A stretch of DNA of 64,000 bases from Oscillospiraceae bacterium (GTDB lineage Bacteria > Bacillota > Clostridia > Oscillospirales > CAG-272), in the NCBI GenBank assembly GCA_015064185.1, contig SVSS01000007.1, positions 1,444 to 65,443 on the forward strand. The letters are read 5' to 3'. This document shows positions 42,285 through 50,890 of the stretch, in pieces. Within the stretch, counting starts at the first letter, position 1. Every line of letters begins with the position of its first letter. Both the position numbers and the translations under genes were made by a program. Below the pieces are notes generated by a model. The model did not search any database, had not been told where the DNA came from, and saw nothing but the letters and a program-made list of their open reading frames with translations.

Positions 42285-42791
42285 ATGTTTGGGGTTGGAG
42301 AATATATCGTATACGGCATTAACGGCATCTGCCGCGTGGAGGACGTTTGCGCCTCGCCCTTTGATAAAACCGACCTGCGCACCTATTATCTGCTGGTGCC
42401 GCTGAACAATCCCATGAGCTCCACTATTTACACTCCTGTTAATAACGAGCGTGTGCCTATGCGCCGCTTGATGACAAAAGAGGAGATCGAGAGTCTTATT
42501 GCCGCAATGCCCGAAATTGACCTGCTCACCATACCCGTAGAAAAGCAACGTCGTGAGATCTACCGTACCACCATAGGAACGCTTGCGCCCGAGGGATATG
42601 TACAGGTGATAAAGACCGTGCACCGCCGTCGCGAGGAGCTCACCGCCGCACGCAAGCATTTTCCCGTAACCGATCTTGAATACGGCAGGCTTGCCAAGCA
42701 TCTGCTTTACAGCGAATGCGCGCATGTGCTTGGGCTTAGCGAGGACGGCGTTGAGGAGTATATTGCATCCCGTATTCCAAAAGCAGAGTAA
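42285..42791 (+). CDS. CarD/CdnL-family transcriptional regulator
   Basis: MFGVGEYIVYGINGICRVEDV... is a CarD_CdnL_TRCF-type N-terminal Tudor-like domain. A TTGCAT-17-TAAAAT promoter lies at 42196-42224. Confidence 0.8.
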   Translation: MFGVGEYIVYGINGICRVEDVCASPFDKTDLRTYYLLVPLNNPMSSTIYTPVNNERVPMRRLMTKEEIESLIAAMPEIDLLTIPVEKQRREIYRTTIGTLAPEGYVQVIKTVHRRREELTAARKHFPVTDLEYGRLAKHLLYSECAHVLGLSEDGVEEYIASRIPKAE

Positions 42792-42794
42792 AAA

Positions 42795-42841
42795 CAAAGA
42801 TCCCTTGGGCAAAAGCACCCAAGGGATCTTTTGTTATTTTT
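42795..42841. terminator. bidirectional terminator between carD-like and proC
   Basis: CAAAGATCCCTTGGG-loop-CCCAAGGGATCTTTG flanked by A/T runs. Confidence 0.8.
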
Positions 42842-43613
42842 TCATGATCGCATCGATCGCCGAAATGCAGTTTGCGCGAAATCCTGCCTGCTCCAATGCG
42901 GTAACGCCCTTAATGGTAGATCCGCCGGGAGAGCAGACAGCGTCCTTCAGCTCGCCTGGGTGCTTGCCCGTTACAAGCTGAAGCTTGGCGCTGCCAAGCA
43001 CCGTTTGTGCGGTCATTTTTAAAGCGTTTTCACGGGAAAGCCCGTATTTTACGCCGGCATCCGCAAACGCCTCGATCATCATATCTACAAATGCGGGGCC
43101 ACAGCCTGCCACAGCGCCGCCAATGCCCATTTGCGCGGAGGGCAGGGTAATCACGGTGCCAAGTGCACCAAGCCATTCGGTAGCCGTTGCGAGCTCGGCT
43201 GCCGTGAGCGAGGTCTTTTCCTCAAACAAAAACACGCCTTCTCCCACTGCTGCGGGGGTGTTTGGCATCACAAACTGTACGCGTGTGCCACTTGGCAAAA
43301 GGGGAGCATAACGGTCAAAATCCCAGCCGAGTGCTACGGAAAGCAGCGCCTTGTCGCAAATTGCAGTGCCAAGCTCGGCAAGCACACCCTCGACGTGTGA
43401 GGGCTTGCACGCAATTACGATCATATCGGCGGCGGTCGCTACCTCACGGGCGGTGCTTGCGGGTACAAAGCCAAGTCTTGCGGCATTTGCCTGCAGCTTT
43501 TCTTGATTGGGCGCGTATGCGATCATATCGCACGCCGCGCATTTGCCTGACGCGATAAAGCCTTGGGCAAGCGCCAATGCCATATTTCCCATTCCAATAA
43601 AACCGAGTTTCAT
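42834..43613 (-). CDS. proC: pyrroline-5-carboxylate reductase
   Basis: MKLGFIGMGNMALALA Rossmann motif and the C-terminal SPGGSTIKG motif. The ATG at 43613 follows GAGGTG. Confidence 0.9.
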   Translation of the reverse strand: MKLGFIGMGNMALALAQGFIASGKCAACDMIAYAPNQEKLQANAARLGFVPASTAREVATAADMIVIACKPSHVEGVLAELGTAICDKALLSVALGWDFDRYAPLLPSGTRVQFVMPNTPAAVGEGVFLFEEKTSLTAAELATATEWLGALGTVITLPSAQMGIGGAVAGCGPAFVDMMIEAFADAGVKYGLSRENALKMTAQTVLGSAKLQLVTGKHPGELKDAVCSPGGSTIKGVTALEQAGFRANCISAIDAIMKK

Positions 43614-43679
43614 AGAGATCACCTCACAGCGTATTGATATTATTATAAAGAGGTTTTTTCAAAAAGTCAAGCAGAATGT

Positions 43680-43708
43680 AAAAAGAGGTCGCCTTGCGAC
43701 CTCTTTTT
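43680..43708 (-). terminator. terminator after rpmB
   Basis: AAAAAGAGGTCGC-CTT-GCGACCTCTTTTT. Confidence 0.85.
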
Positions 43709-43719
43709 GCACGTTTTAA

Positions 43720-43905
43720 TTATGCGCGAGTAACTTTACCCGAACGCAGGCAACGGGAGCAAACCGCCACGGTCGTGGGGGTCCCATCAACGATAGCCTT
43801 AACCTTGCGGATATTGGGCTTCCAAGAACGATTGGTCTTGCGGTTGGAGTGAGAAACGTTCTGACCGAACACTACGCCCTTGCCGCATACGCTGCACTTT
43901 GCCAT
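43720..43905 (-). CDS. rpmB: 50S ribosomal protein L28
   Basis: MAKCSVCGKGVVFGQNVSHSNRKTNRSWKPNI... Start moved to the ATG at 43905 after GGAGGTG. Confidence 0.92.
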   Translation of the reverse strand: MAKCSVCGKGVVFGQNVSHSNRKTNRSWKPNIRKVKAIVDGTPTTVAVCSRCLRSGKVTRA

Positions 43906-44057
43906 ATTGACACCTCCTCTGTCACCTCGCGGTGCTTGTGTTATATCCATTATATTTTTAACAGCGACAATCATTATAACATATAAAAATTTAAAATGCA
44001 AGGCTTTTTCACAAATTTTTATAACTTTTCTGCAAAATGTTTCAAAGTGATGCGCTA

Positions 44058-45440
44058 TTAATCTTTGCTTGCGATATAAAGCACCTGCCTTAACGCGGCA
44101 AAATCGCCCGCGCTTAGTGCTGCATCTAAGGCACTGCTTTGTTTTTCACACGGCAACGCCTTCTTTTTTGCCGCAAGGAACACGGTCAACGCAGGAGCAT
44201 TGCCCTCTCTTACGGTAATATGATAAGAAGCAACGGGCAGCGAAAGCTCAGATACAAAGCGGTGGTAGGGGAGAAGCAGAGAAAGTGCCTCGCCCTCAGC
44301 GCTTTGGGGGAGCGTAAGTGTGGCGGCAAGCGATGCCTTTTTGATATCGCCACCTGCCAAAAAGACGGTTCTCAGCAAGCGTAGGAGCGATGGCAGAACT
44401 GAATGCTCGGCACACACACCTGCAAGAAACTGTGTTTCATTTGCGGCAAAGGTGACCTTGATCGGCTCATCTCGCACAACAGAAGGGGGCACAGTAGGTG
44501 CTGCCTGTCGCTTGCCCTGCCATGCGGTAAGAAAGGCCTTGGGGAACGAGAGCAGCATGCGCACACCGTTCTTTAGAACGATACGCTCGCCGCCCTGCAG
44601 CTTGCCTACAAGCGTTACGGGTGCACCGCTCATCAGTAAGGGGTGTACAGCGGTTTGAGTAACAGCAAAGATCACGGTGTTGGGACAGGCGCGGACAAGC
44701 CCTGCGGCATCCTGTTCCTTGTCATATCCCGCAAGGCTGGTTACGTCAAGCTCAACGCCAAGCGGCAAGGCCGAAAGGTGTACGCCAAGCCCTTCCTCAC
44801 CGATTGCCGCGAGGGGGATGGGAGAAAAGGCGCTGTGGGTCTTTAAAAAGTGTGCGACTGTGCAGGACAGGGAAAGCCCCGCCTCAGCACTAAGCGCCAG
44901 CAAAAATTGCCCCGCGCGCGGTGTGGCACCCGTTACATTTGGCATCAATGCGGCAGAAATGCCGCCAATGCTAAGCGCCAGATCCGGGGTGCTACCACGG
45001 CAGGCGGCAGCCGCGATTTCGTCGGGGGCGCAATATAAATTTTTGTGATATGCCATGCGCCCTGCACGCGCAAGATAATCGGTGGCAGTTTGCATGACAG
45101 ATGGGAGCGTAGGTGCTTCATTTTTTGATAGCACGGTGCGCTGGCGGCAGATATCCTGCCAAATGCGCGCGTTGCTTTCATCTTCTATGTGCAGATTGGT
45201 AAGCAGGGGGGTGGTATAGCGGTTTGCGCTTTGCGCCAAGGCGCTTAAAAAGCGCAGCTCGCCAACCAAGGGGTCGCGTCGCTCTGCAGTAAAATGACGC
45301 TTGGCAAAGGCAAGCCCTGCCGGGGAGATGCTTAGCTCAAGATCGTTTTTCAGGCGCTCCAGCCCTGAGTTGTCAAGCAGGTGAAAGCCGGTTACGATAT
45401 TGGCACCAAATGCGGCTGTAAAACGGAAATTTTCTTCCAT
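44058..45440 (-). CDS. hypothetical protein, weak resemblance to FGAM-synthase (PurL/PurM-like) architecture
   Basis: 460-aa ORF tightly packed against mtaB (2-nt gap). LAFAKRHFTAERRDPLVGELRFLSALAQ recalls the PurL linker motif (R.PT..EL......SEHC), but the catalytic-looking residues are absent. Confidence 0.45.
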   Translation of the reverse strand: MEENFRFTAAFGANIVTGFHLLDNSGLERLKNDLELSISPAGLAFAKRHFTAERRDPLVGELRFLSALAQSANRYTTPLLTNLHIEDESNARIWQDICRQRTVLSKNEAPTLPSVMQTATDYLARAGRMAYHKNLYCAPDEIAAAACRGSTPDLALSIGGISAALMPNVTGATPRAGQFLLALSAEAGLSLSCTVAHFLKTHSAFSPIPLAAIGEEGLGVHLSALPLGVELDVTSLAGYDKEQDAAGLVRACPNTVIFAVTQTAVHPLLMSGAPVTLVGKLQGGERIVLKNGVRMLLSFPKAFLTAWQGKRQAAPTVPPSVVRDEPIKVTFAANETQFLAGVCAEHSVLPSLLRLLRTVFLAGGDIKKASLAATLTLPQSAEGEALSLLLPYHRFVSELSLPVASYHITVREGNAPALTVFLAAKKKALPCEKQSSALDAALSAGDFAALRQVLYIASKD

Positions 45441-45442
45441 AA

Positions 45443-46756
45443 TTATTCTACTTTCTCGGCAAGCAGCCTGCCGTTTGCGGTATGTTGTAAGCGAACGGGC
45501 AGTAAAATGCCGTGTAAGGGTGTGTCGGAGCGAACAGCCACCTCGAGAAAATTATCGGTGTGACCTATGGCAAGCCCGTCTTCAAAGGTTTCAAACAGAA
45601 CCGTGCGATAGGGCTGTGAAAGAGCGTTTTTAAGTCTTTCCTGCCGTATTTGTTCGCCCAGTGCAATAAGCGCCGCTGAGCGCGCTTTTTTGGTTGCGCT
45701 GTCAATCTGCTCTGCCATCAAGGCGGCAGGTGTGCCCGCGCGAGGCGAATAGGCAAACACATGCATTTGCAAAAATGCCGCTTCTCTTGCAAAATCAAGG
45801 GTCTCGGTAAAGCATTCCTTAGTTTCACCGGGAAATCCGACGATGAAATCGGCCGTGAGCTCAAGATCTGGTATTGCGGCACGCAGGCGCGCAATGCCTG
45901 CAAGTGCCATGTCGCGATTGTATTTACGCTTCATTGCGGCAAGCACGCTTGAGGAGCCGCTTTGAATGGACAAATGAAAATGCGGCGCAAGATGACGAAG
46001 CGCGGCAAGTCGTTTTACAAAATCCTCTCGCATAAGCGAGGGGTCAAGCGAACCAAGTCGCACGCGGGCATCGCCCGCGATCTTATCGATCGCTTCCAGA
46101 AGATCGATGAGGGAACTTCCCCCTAGATCACGCCCCCATGAGGCGGTTTCAATGCCCGTGAGCACCACCTCGCGACAGCCACCTGCAATCAAGCCTTCAA
46201 CTTCAGCTACCACGTCGGCAAGCGGCTTGGAGCGCACCTTGCCGCGCGCGGCGGGAATGGCGCAATAGGTGCAGCGGTTTTCACACCCGTCCTCAATTTT
46301 CACATACGCACGTGTGCGGTCAAAACGTTTGATGCACATGGGCTCAAAGGGTGCGTTTTCAATATCGTTTACCGCTATTTGCGGCTTTTGTGCTTTTTTG
46401 CCACCGCCAAGCAACTCCAATGCGGCGCTGACTACAGATAGCTTGTTGTCGTTGCCGCAAATATAGTCAACGCCGGCAATTTTTGCTACATCACCGGGGT
46501 GAGATTGCGAGAAGCACCCCGTAACCAAAATATAAGCCTTGGGGTTTGCTTGTACCATGCGGCGGATCATTTGCCGTGCCTTGCGATCGGATTCGGCGGT
46601 TACGGTACAGGTGTTGATCACATAAGCGTCGCAGACCTCAAAGGTGGGGCGCACCAAAAAGCCGTTTGCGGTAAAAGCTTCTGCAATCGCTTCGCTTTCA
46701 TACTGATTTACCTTGCATCCAAGTGTCATGATGCAAACGGTCGATTTGCGTTCCAT
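45443..46756 (-). CDS. mtaB: tRNA (t6A37) methylthiotransferase MtaB
   Basis: TLGCKVNQYESE MTTase N-domain, radical-SAM CENRCTYC, and a C-terminal TRAM-like domain. The ATG at 46756 follows AGGAGGG. Confidence 0.88.
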   Translation of the reverse strand: MERKSTVCIMTLGCKVNQYESEAIAEAFTANGFLVRPTFEVCDAYVINTCTVTAESDRKARQMIRRMVQANPKAYILVTGCFSQSHPGDVAKIAGVDYICGNDNKLSVVSAALELLGGGKKAQKPQIAVNDIENAPFEPMCIKRFDRTRAYVKIEDGCENRCTYCAIPAARGKVRSKPLADVVAEVEGLIAGGCREVVLTGIETASWGRDLGGSSLIDLLEAIDKIAGDARVRLGSLDPSLMREDFVKRLAALRHLAPHFHLSIQSGSSSVLAAMKRKYNRDMALAGIARLRAAIPDLELTADFIVGFPGETKECFTETLDFAREAAFLQMHVFAYSPRAGTPAALMAEQIDSATKKARSAALIALGEQIRQERLKNALSQPYRTVLFETFEDGLAIGHTDNFLEVAVRSDTPLHGILLPVRLQHTANGRLLAEKVE

Positions 46757-46900
46757 ATGCCGCCCTCCTTTTTTGTGATATCTTATTGTATCATGTTTTT
46801 TAGCCTCGGTCAACACCTCCCGAAAGTTTTTCGAAACCTCTTGAAAAAACACGGTATATCATATATAATGATATCATCTTACAGGGATAGGAGGGGAAAG

Positions 46901-47860
46901 ATGCGTATTTTAAAAATTGGAAAAAACGATGCCGGTCAGCGTCTTGATAAGTTTTTGACCAAAGCAGTCAAGGGGCTTCCCCTTTCTATGATGTATAAGG
47001 CAATACGCACCAAAAAAATCAAGGTAAACCGCGCACGCGCCAAAGAAAATCAAGTGCTTTTGGAGGGCGACGAGATCCAGCTTTTTATCAAGGATGAATT
47101 TTTTGATCTGCCGCAAAACGACAACAGCGCGCTTGCCACCATCAAGCCCAAGCTTTCCATCATTTATGAGGACGAGAATATTCTGCTTCTCAACAAACGC
47201 CCCGGCGTGCTGGTGCACGAGGATACGGCGGGCGGCGAAAACACGCTTATCCTGCACGTAAAGGCATATCTTTATCAAAACGGCGAATATGACCCCGCGG
47301 ACGAGCAGTCCTTTGCGCCCGCGCTTTGCAACCGTATTGACCGCAACACGGGCGGAATTGTCATTGCCGCTAAGAATGCTGCTTCCTTGCGCGCCATGAA
47401 TGAGAAGATCAAGCAAAACGAGGTTTCAAAGTTTTATCTGTGTGCAGCACACGGCAAAATGCCTAAAAAAGCCGAAACCCTGCGCGGATATCTGCGCAAG
47501 GACAGTGAAAAAAATCTGGTCACCGTATCGGATGCGCCCTTAAAGGGCGGAAAAAACATCGAAACACGTTACCGTGTTTTGTGCGAGAAAAACGGCAATT
47601 CCTTGCTTGAGGTTGAGCTGATCACGGGTAGAACGCATCAGATCCGCGCGCATCTTGCGCACGTAGGGCACCCCCTGCTTGGCGACGGCAAATACGGTAA
47701 AAACCGCGCTGAAAAGGGCAGAGGATACAAATATCAGGCTTTGTATGCCTATAAGCTTATCTTCGACCGCGTGGGAATGGACAGTGTGCTCTCCTACCTT
47801 GAGGGAAGAACGTTTTCGATCCCCGAGAGCGACGTTTGGTTTTTGGAGGATTTTGCATAA
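46901..47860 (+). CDS. RluA-family 23S rRNA pseudouridine synthase (RluC/D type)
   Basis: S4-like N-terminus (GQRLDKFL..) and the catalytic NRIDRNTGG motif. The ATG at 46901 follows GGAGGGG. The ORF-track extension back to 46499 is antisense to mtaB. Confidence 0.88.
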   Translation: MRILKIGKNDAGQRLDKFLTKAVKGLPLSMMYKAIRTKKIKVNRARAKENQVLLEGDEIQLFIKDEFFDLPQNDNSALATIKPKLSIIYEDENILLLNKRPGVLVHEDTAGGENTLILHVKAYLYQNGEYDPADEQSFAPALCNRIDRNTGGIVIAAKNAASLRAMNEKIKQNEVSKFYLCAAHGKMPKKAETLRGYLRKDSEKNLVTVSDAPLKGGKNIETRYRVLCEKNGNSLLEVELITGRTHQIRAHLAHVGHPLLGDGKYGKNRAEKGRGYKYQALYAYKLIFDRVGMDSVLSYLEGRTFSIPESDVWFLEDFA

Positions 47861-47883
47861 ATATATCAGAAGGGAGAGGGGAT

Positions 47884-49464
47884 ATGAAAAAGCACATGTG
47901 GCTGCTGATGCCGCCAAGCGGTATTTTAATGGGCCTTTGCCTTGCATTTCCCGCCATCGGCTTTCTTGAGTGGGTTGCCATGATCCCCGCGCTCCTTTTC
48001 TTTTTTGTCGTTGCAAGAGATAGAACTGTGGGCTACCGCCGCCTTTACCTCTACGGCTTTTGCTACTATTTCTTCTTTTATCTGACGTCACTGCATTGGT
48101 TTCTCAACCTGTATCCCATGGAATTTTTGGGCGTCGGCCGTGGGGAAGCGGTGCTTCTGGTAGGCATTTGCTGGGTGGGACTTACGCTCCTGCAAACGGT
48201 GTTTGCCGCACTTGTGCTACCGCTTTTCGGCTTGCTTTGCCGCAGTACCGTTATGGAGCGCCTTGCCGCGCTTGTGCCGCTTTTGTTTGCGGCGCAGTAC
48301 GTGATTGCCGAATGGAGTCAAACGCTGACTTGGCTTGGTGTGCCGTGGGCGCGCCTTGCGATCGGGCAGATCGAATATGCTGCCGTCACAGGCAGCGCGG
48401 CACTTTTTGGCTCATACTTTATTACGTTTGCCATTGTTTTGGTAAACGGCTACTTGGCATGGGCGATACTGCACTGCAAAAGCGTGCCGCAGCTTCGGTT
48501 TTCGGCAGGTGTTGCCGCCGCAGTGCTTGGTCTACAATTTGCATTTGGCATGATCGGTTATTTCACCTCGGATCCCACGCAGGGCAAGCCCTTGGTGGTG
48601 GCGGCGGTACAGGGCAACGTTGGATCGGAACTCAAATGGAGCTTTAACAGCCGCCAGAAAAGCTACGAGGTGTATGAAGCCTATACTGCCAAGGCGGCGG
48701 CACAGGGGGCTGCGTTCGTTGTCTTTCCCGAAACCTTTATCCCTGATGAGCTCACCGATGAAACGTCACTCGGTGAATATGTGATTTCCCTTGCCACGCG
48801 CTATCAGATCACGATCTTTTGCGGTGCATTTCATACCGATGAGGCAGGGAACGAGTATAATGGGGTGTTTGCGGTTTATCCCGACGGTACCGTTGATGAA
48901 ACGGTTTATGCCAAGCGCCATCTTGTGCCCTTTGGCGAATATGTGCCGTGGCGTCCCCTGATCGAGAGGGTGCTTCCCATGCTTACCGATATGGGCATGC
49001 TCTCCTATGACCTTGCGCCGGGTACGGATAGCGCGCTTTTCGATACTGTGTACGGTCGTGTTGGTACACTTGTTTGCTTTGATTCCATTTACGAGGAGCT
49101 TACACGCGAGAGTGTGGGCGATGGTGCAGAGCTTTTGATCCTGCCTACCAACGACTCCTGGTTTACCGATTCGCGTGGCATTTACATGCATCACGCTCAG
49201 GCGCGCTTGCGCGCGATTGAGGGCGGCAGGTGGATCGTGCGTGCCGCAGACACGGGTATTTCCTCGGTAATCGCGCCAAACGGCAGCAGCTACGAGGAGC
49301 AGCCTCCCATGCAAGAGGGCATGGCGCTTTCCACCGTTTATGTGCGCGACGACGTAACGCTTTATATGCGCATTGGCAATCTCCTTGTATGGCTGCTGAT
49401 CGCCGCCGTGCTTGCTGTTCCCGTGGCAGAGGTCATTTGGCGCTGTAAAAGGGAACGTGTATAA
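47884..49464 (+). CDS. lnt: apolipoprotein N-acyltransferase
   Basis: Polytopic N-terminal half plus a CN-hydrolase domain with VVFPE (Glu), KRHLVPFGEYVP (Lys) and LVCFDSIY (Cys). Confidence 0.8.
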   Translation: MKKHMWLLMPPSGILMGLCLAFPAIGFLEWVAMIPALLFFFVVARDRTVGYRRLYLYGFCYYFFFYLTSLHWFLNLYPMEFLGVGRGEAVLLVGICWVGLTLLQTVFAALVLPLFGLLCRSTVMERLAALVPLLFAAQYVIAEWSQTLTWLGVPWARLAIGQIEYAAVTGSAALFGSYFITFAIVLVNGYLAWAILHCKSVPQLRFSAGVAAAVLGLQFAFGMIGYFTSDPTQGKPLVVAAVQGNVGSELKWSFNSRQKSYEVYEAYTAKAAAQGAAFVVFPETFIPDELTDETSLGEYVISLATRYQITIFCGAFHTDEAGNEYNGVFAVYPDGTVDETVYAKRHLVPFGEYVPWRPLIERVLPMLTDMGMLSYDLAPGTDSALFDTVYGRVGTLVCFDSIYEELTRESVGDGAELLILPTNDSWFTDSRGIYMHHAQARLRAIEGGRWIVRAADTGISSVIAPNGSSYEEQPPMQEGMALSTVYVRDDVTLYMRIGNLLVWLLIAAVLAVPVAEVIWRCKRERV

Positions 49465-49470
49465 ATAAAA

Positions 49471-49505
49471 CAGCCCCCCGACAGAAATTTTCTGTCGGGG
49501 GGTTG
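49471..49505. terminator. bidirectional terminator between lnt and rpsR
   Basis: CAGCCCCCCGACAGAAA-TT-TTCTGTCGGGGGGTTG. Confidence 0.85.
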
Positions 49506-49546
49506 TTATGGCAAGCGCATTGGCTTGCTTTTTATTTTGCTGTAAA

Positions 49547-49804
49547 TTAGTCGGTTACGTAAGGCAGAAGAGCTACCTGACGGGAGCGCTTGATTGCAGC
49601 GTTCAGCTCGCGCTGGTGCTTTGCGCAGGTACCGGAAATGCGGCGGGGCAGAATCTTGCCGCGCTCGCTGATGAATTTACGCAGCTTTGCGGTATCTTTG
49701 TAATCGATAAAAGCAACTTTATCCGCGCAGAAAATGCAAACCTTTTTTCTCTTGCGGTTCATGGGGCGCGCAGGGCGTGCCGTGGTTTCGATCTTATTAT
49801 CCAT
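49547..49804 (-). CDS. rpsR: 30S ribosomal protein S18
   Basis: ...[48 protein letters not shown]... Confidence 0.93.
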   Translation of the reverse strand: MDNKIETTARPARPMNRKRKKVCIFCADKVAFIDYKDTAKLRKFISERGKILPRRISGTCAKHQRELNAAIKRSRQVALLPYVTD

Positions 49805-49840
49805 GACTAAATTATCCTCCTATAAATTTTGTGTGATCTG

Positions 49841-50314
49841 TCAGAAGGGCAGATCATCGTCTGCCTTCAGCTCCTCAAAGTTCGGCGCTGCCGCTGCAGG
49901 AGTGGAGAAAGACGGTGCGGCACCGTACGCATCGGGCGTGTAGCTGCCGCCAACGGCACCACCTTCATTGCGGCTGTCAACGAACATTGCTTCGTCAACA
50001 ACAACCTCGGTCGCATAACGACGCTGACCTTGGTTATCCTGCCACGATCTTGTTTGGATCGAGCCGGTTACGCAAAGAGCGGAGCCCTTCTTGAAAAACT
50101 TGGAAATAAACTCTGCGGTCTGACGCCAAGCAACAAGGGTGATAAAATCAGCCTGCTGTGCCTGAGCGGTGTTATCGCCGGTTCTTGCTTGGAATCTGCG
50201 ATTAACAGCCAGCGTAAAGGTAACAACGGCAATGCCGCTTTGCGTTTGCTTGAGTTCGGGGTCGGCGGTGAGTCGGCCGCAAAGAACGACCTTGTTAAGA
50301 TTCAAACTAGACAT
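49841..50314 (-). CDS. ssb: single-stranded DNA-binding protein
   Basis: OB-fold N-terminus LNKVVLCGRLTADPELKQT..., a Gly/Pro/Ala-rich linker, and the acidic tail DDDLPF. Confidence 0.93.
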   Translation of the reverse strand: MSSLNLNKVVLCGRLTADPELKQTQSGIAVVTFTLAVNRRFQARTGDNTAQAQQADFITLVAWRQTAEFISKFFKKGSALCVTGSIQTRSWQDNQGQRRYATEVVVDEAMFVDSRNEGGAVGGSYTPDAYGAAPSFSTPAAAAPNFEELKADDDLPF

Positions 50315-50342
50315 ATCTACGCCTCCGTTTCCTAAGTTTTAA

Positions 50343-50717
50343 TTATTCTGCAACTGCTTCGGTTGCTTCTTCAGCGGCTGCGGCAGGGGCTTCTTCTTTT
50401 GCCTCGGCCTTTGCAACTGCTTCGTACTCGAGTCTTACAACGATAGAACGCATTACGCTCTCATCGATGTGATAAAGACGCTCAAGCTCTGCGGGGAATG
50501 CAGGCTCTGCCTTAAAGGTAACTACGGTGTAGTAGCCTTCGGGCATATCGTTGATGGGGTATGCAAGACGGCGCTTGCCCCAATCTGCAACCTCAACGAT
50601 CTCGGCATTCTTGGCAATGATATCGGTAAACTTGGTAACCGTTGCCTTGGTAGCCTCCTCGCCGCCCGTTACATCAACGATGAACAGAGTTTCGTAAGAG
50701 TTGATAACCTTTTCCAT
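50343..50717 (-). CDS. rpsF: 30S ribosomal protein S6
   Basis: YETLFIVDV...WGKRRLAYPI... with an acidic/Ala-rich C-terminal extension. Confidence 0.92.
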   Translation of the reverse strand: MEKVINSYETLFIVDVTGGEEATKATVTKFTDIIAKNAEIVEVADWGKRRLAYPINDMPEGYYTVVTFKAEPAFPAELERLYHIDESVMRSIVVRLEYEAVAKAEAKEEAPAAAAEEATEAVAE

Positions 50718-50818
50718 TTTTATACCTCCCTATGGACTTTTATTGACCGCACAGGTATCCTGTGCAGTAAGGAGACGGGAAAGCGCGGTTTGCATGCAAT
50801 TTCCCGCATCGGTTTAGC
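50718..50818 (-). promoter_or_regulatory. probable rpsF (S6:S18) autoregulatory leader
   Basis: ~100-nt 5' UTR between the promoter and the RBS, with a CGGGAAA-TTGCATGCAAACCGCGC-TTTCCCG hairpin and a second CTGCACAGG..CCTGTGCGG hairpin before GGGAGG. The assignment rests on position and general shape only. Confidence 0.4.
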
Positions 50819-50847
50819 ATTATAACATAAATTCTTTTTACTGTCAA
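50819..50847 (-). promoter_or_regulatory. consensus promoter (TTGACA-17-TATAAT) of rpsF-ssb-rpsR
   Basis: Minus strand: TTGACA (50847-50842), 17-nt spacer, TATAAT (50824-50819). Confidence 0.8.
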
Positions 50848-50890
50848 GACTTATATTTAAATCTTTTAAAAAATTTACATTTTCACACAA

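Noticed and set aside
39862-47860. N-terminal extensions offered by the ORF track: trpB to 39981, 40200-40334, rpmB to 44001, mtaB to 46852, and 46499-46900 for the pseudouridine synthase. The same applies to 2435-2536 and 57165-57248
   Set aside because: Each extension lacks an RBS and runs through a promoter, a T-box or the neighbouring gene on the other strand. An internal ATG with a good Shine-Dalgarno sequence reproduces the canonical family N-terminus.
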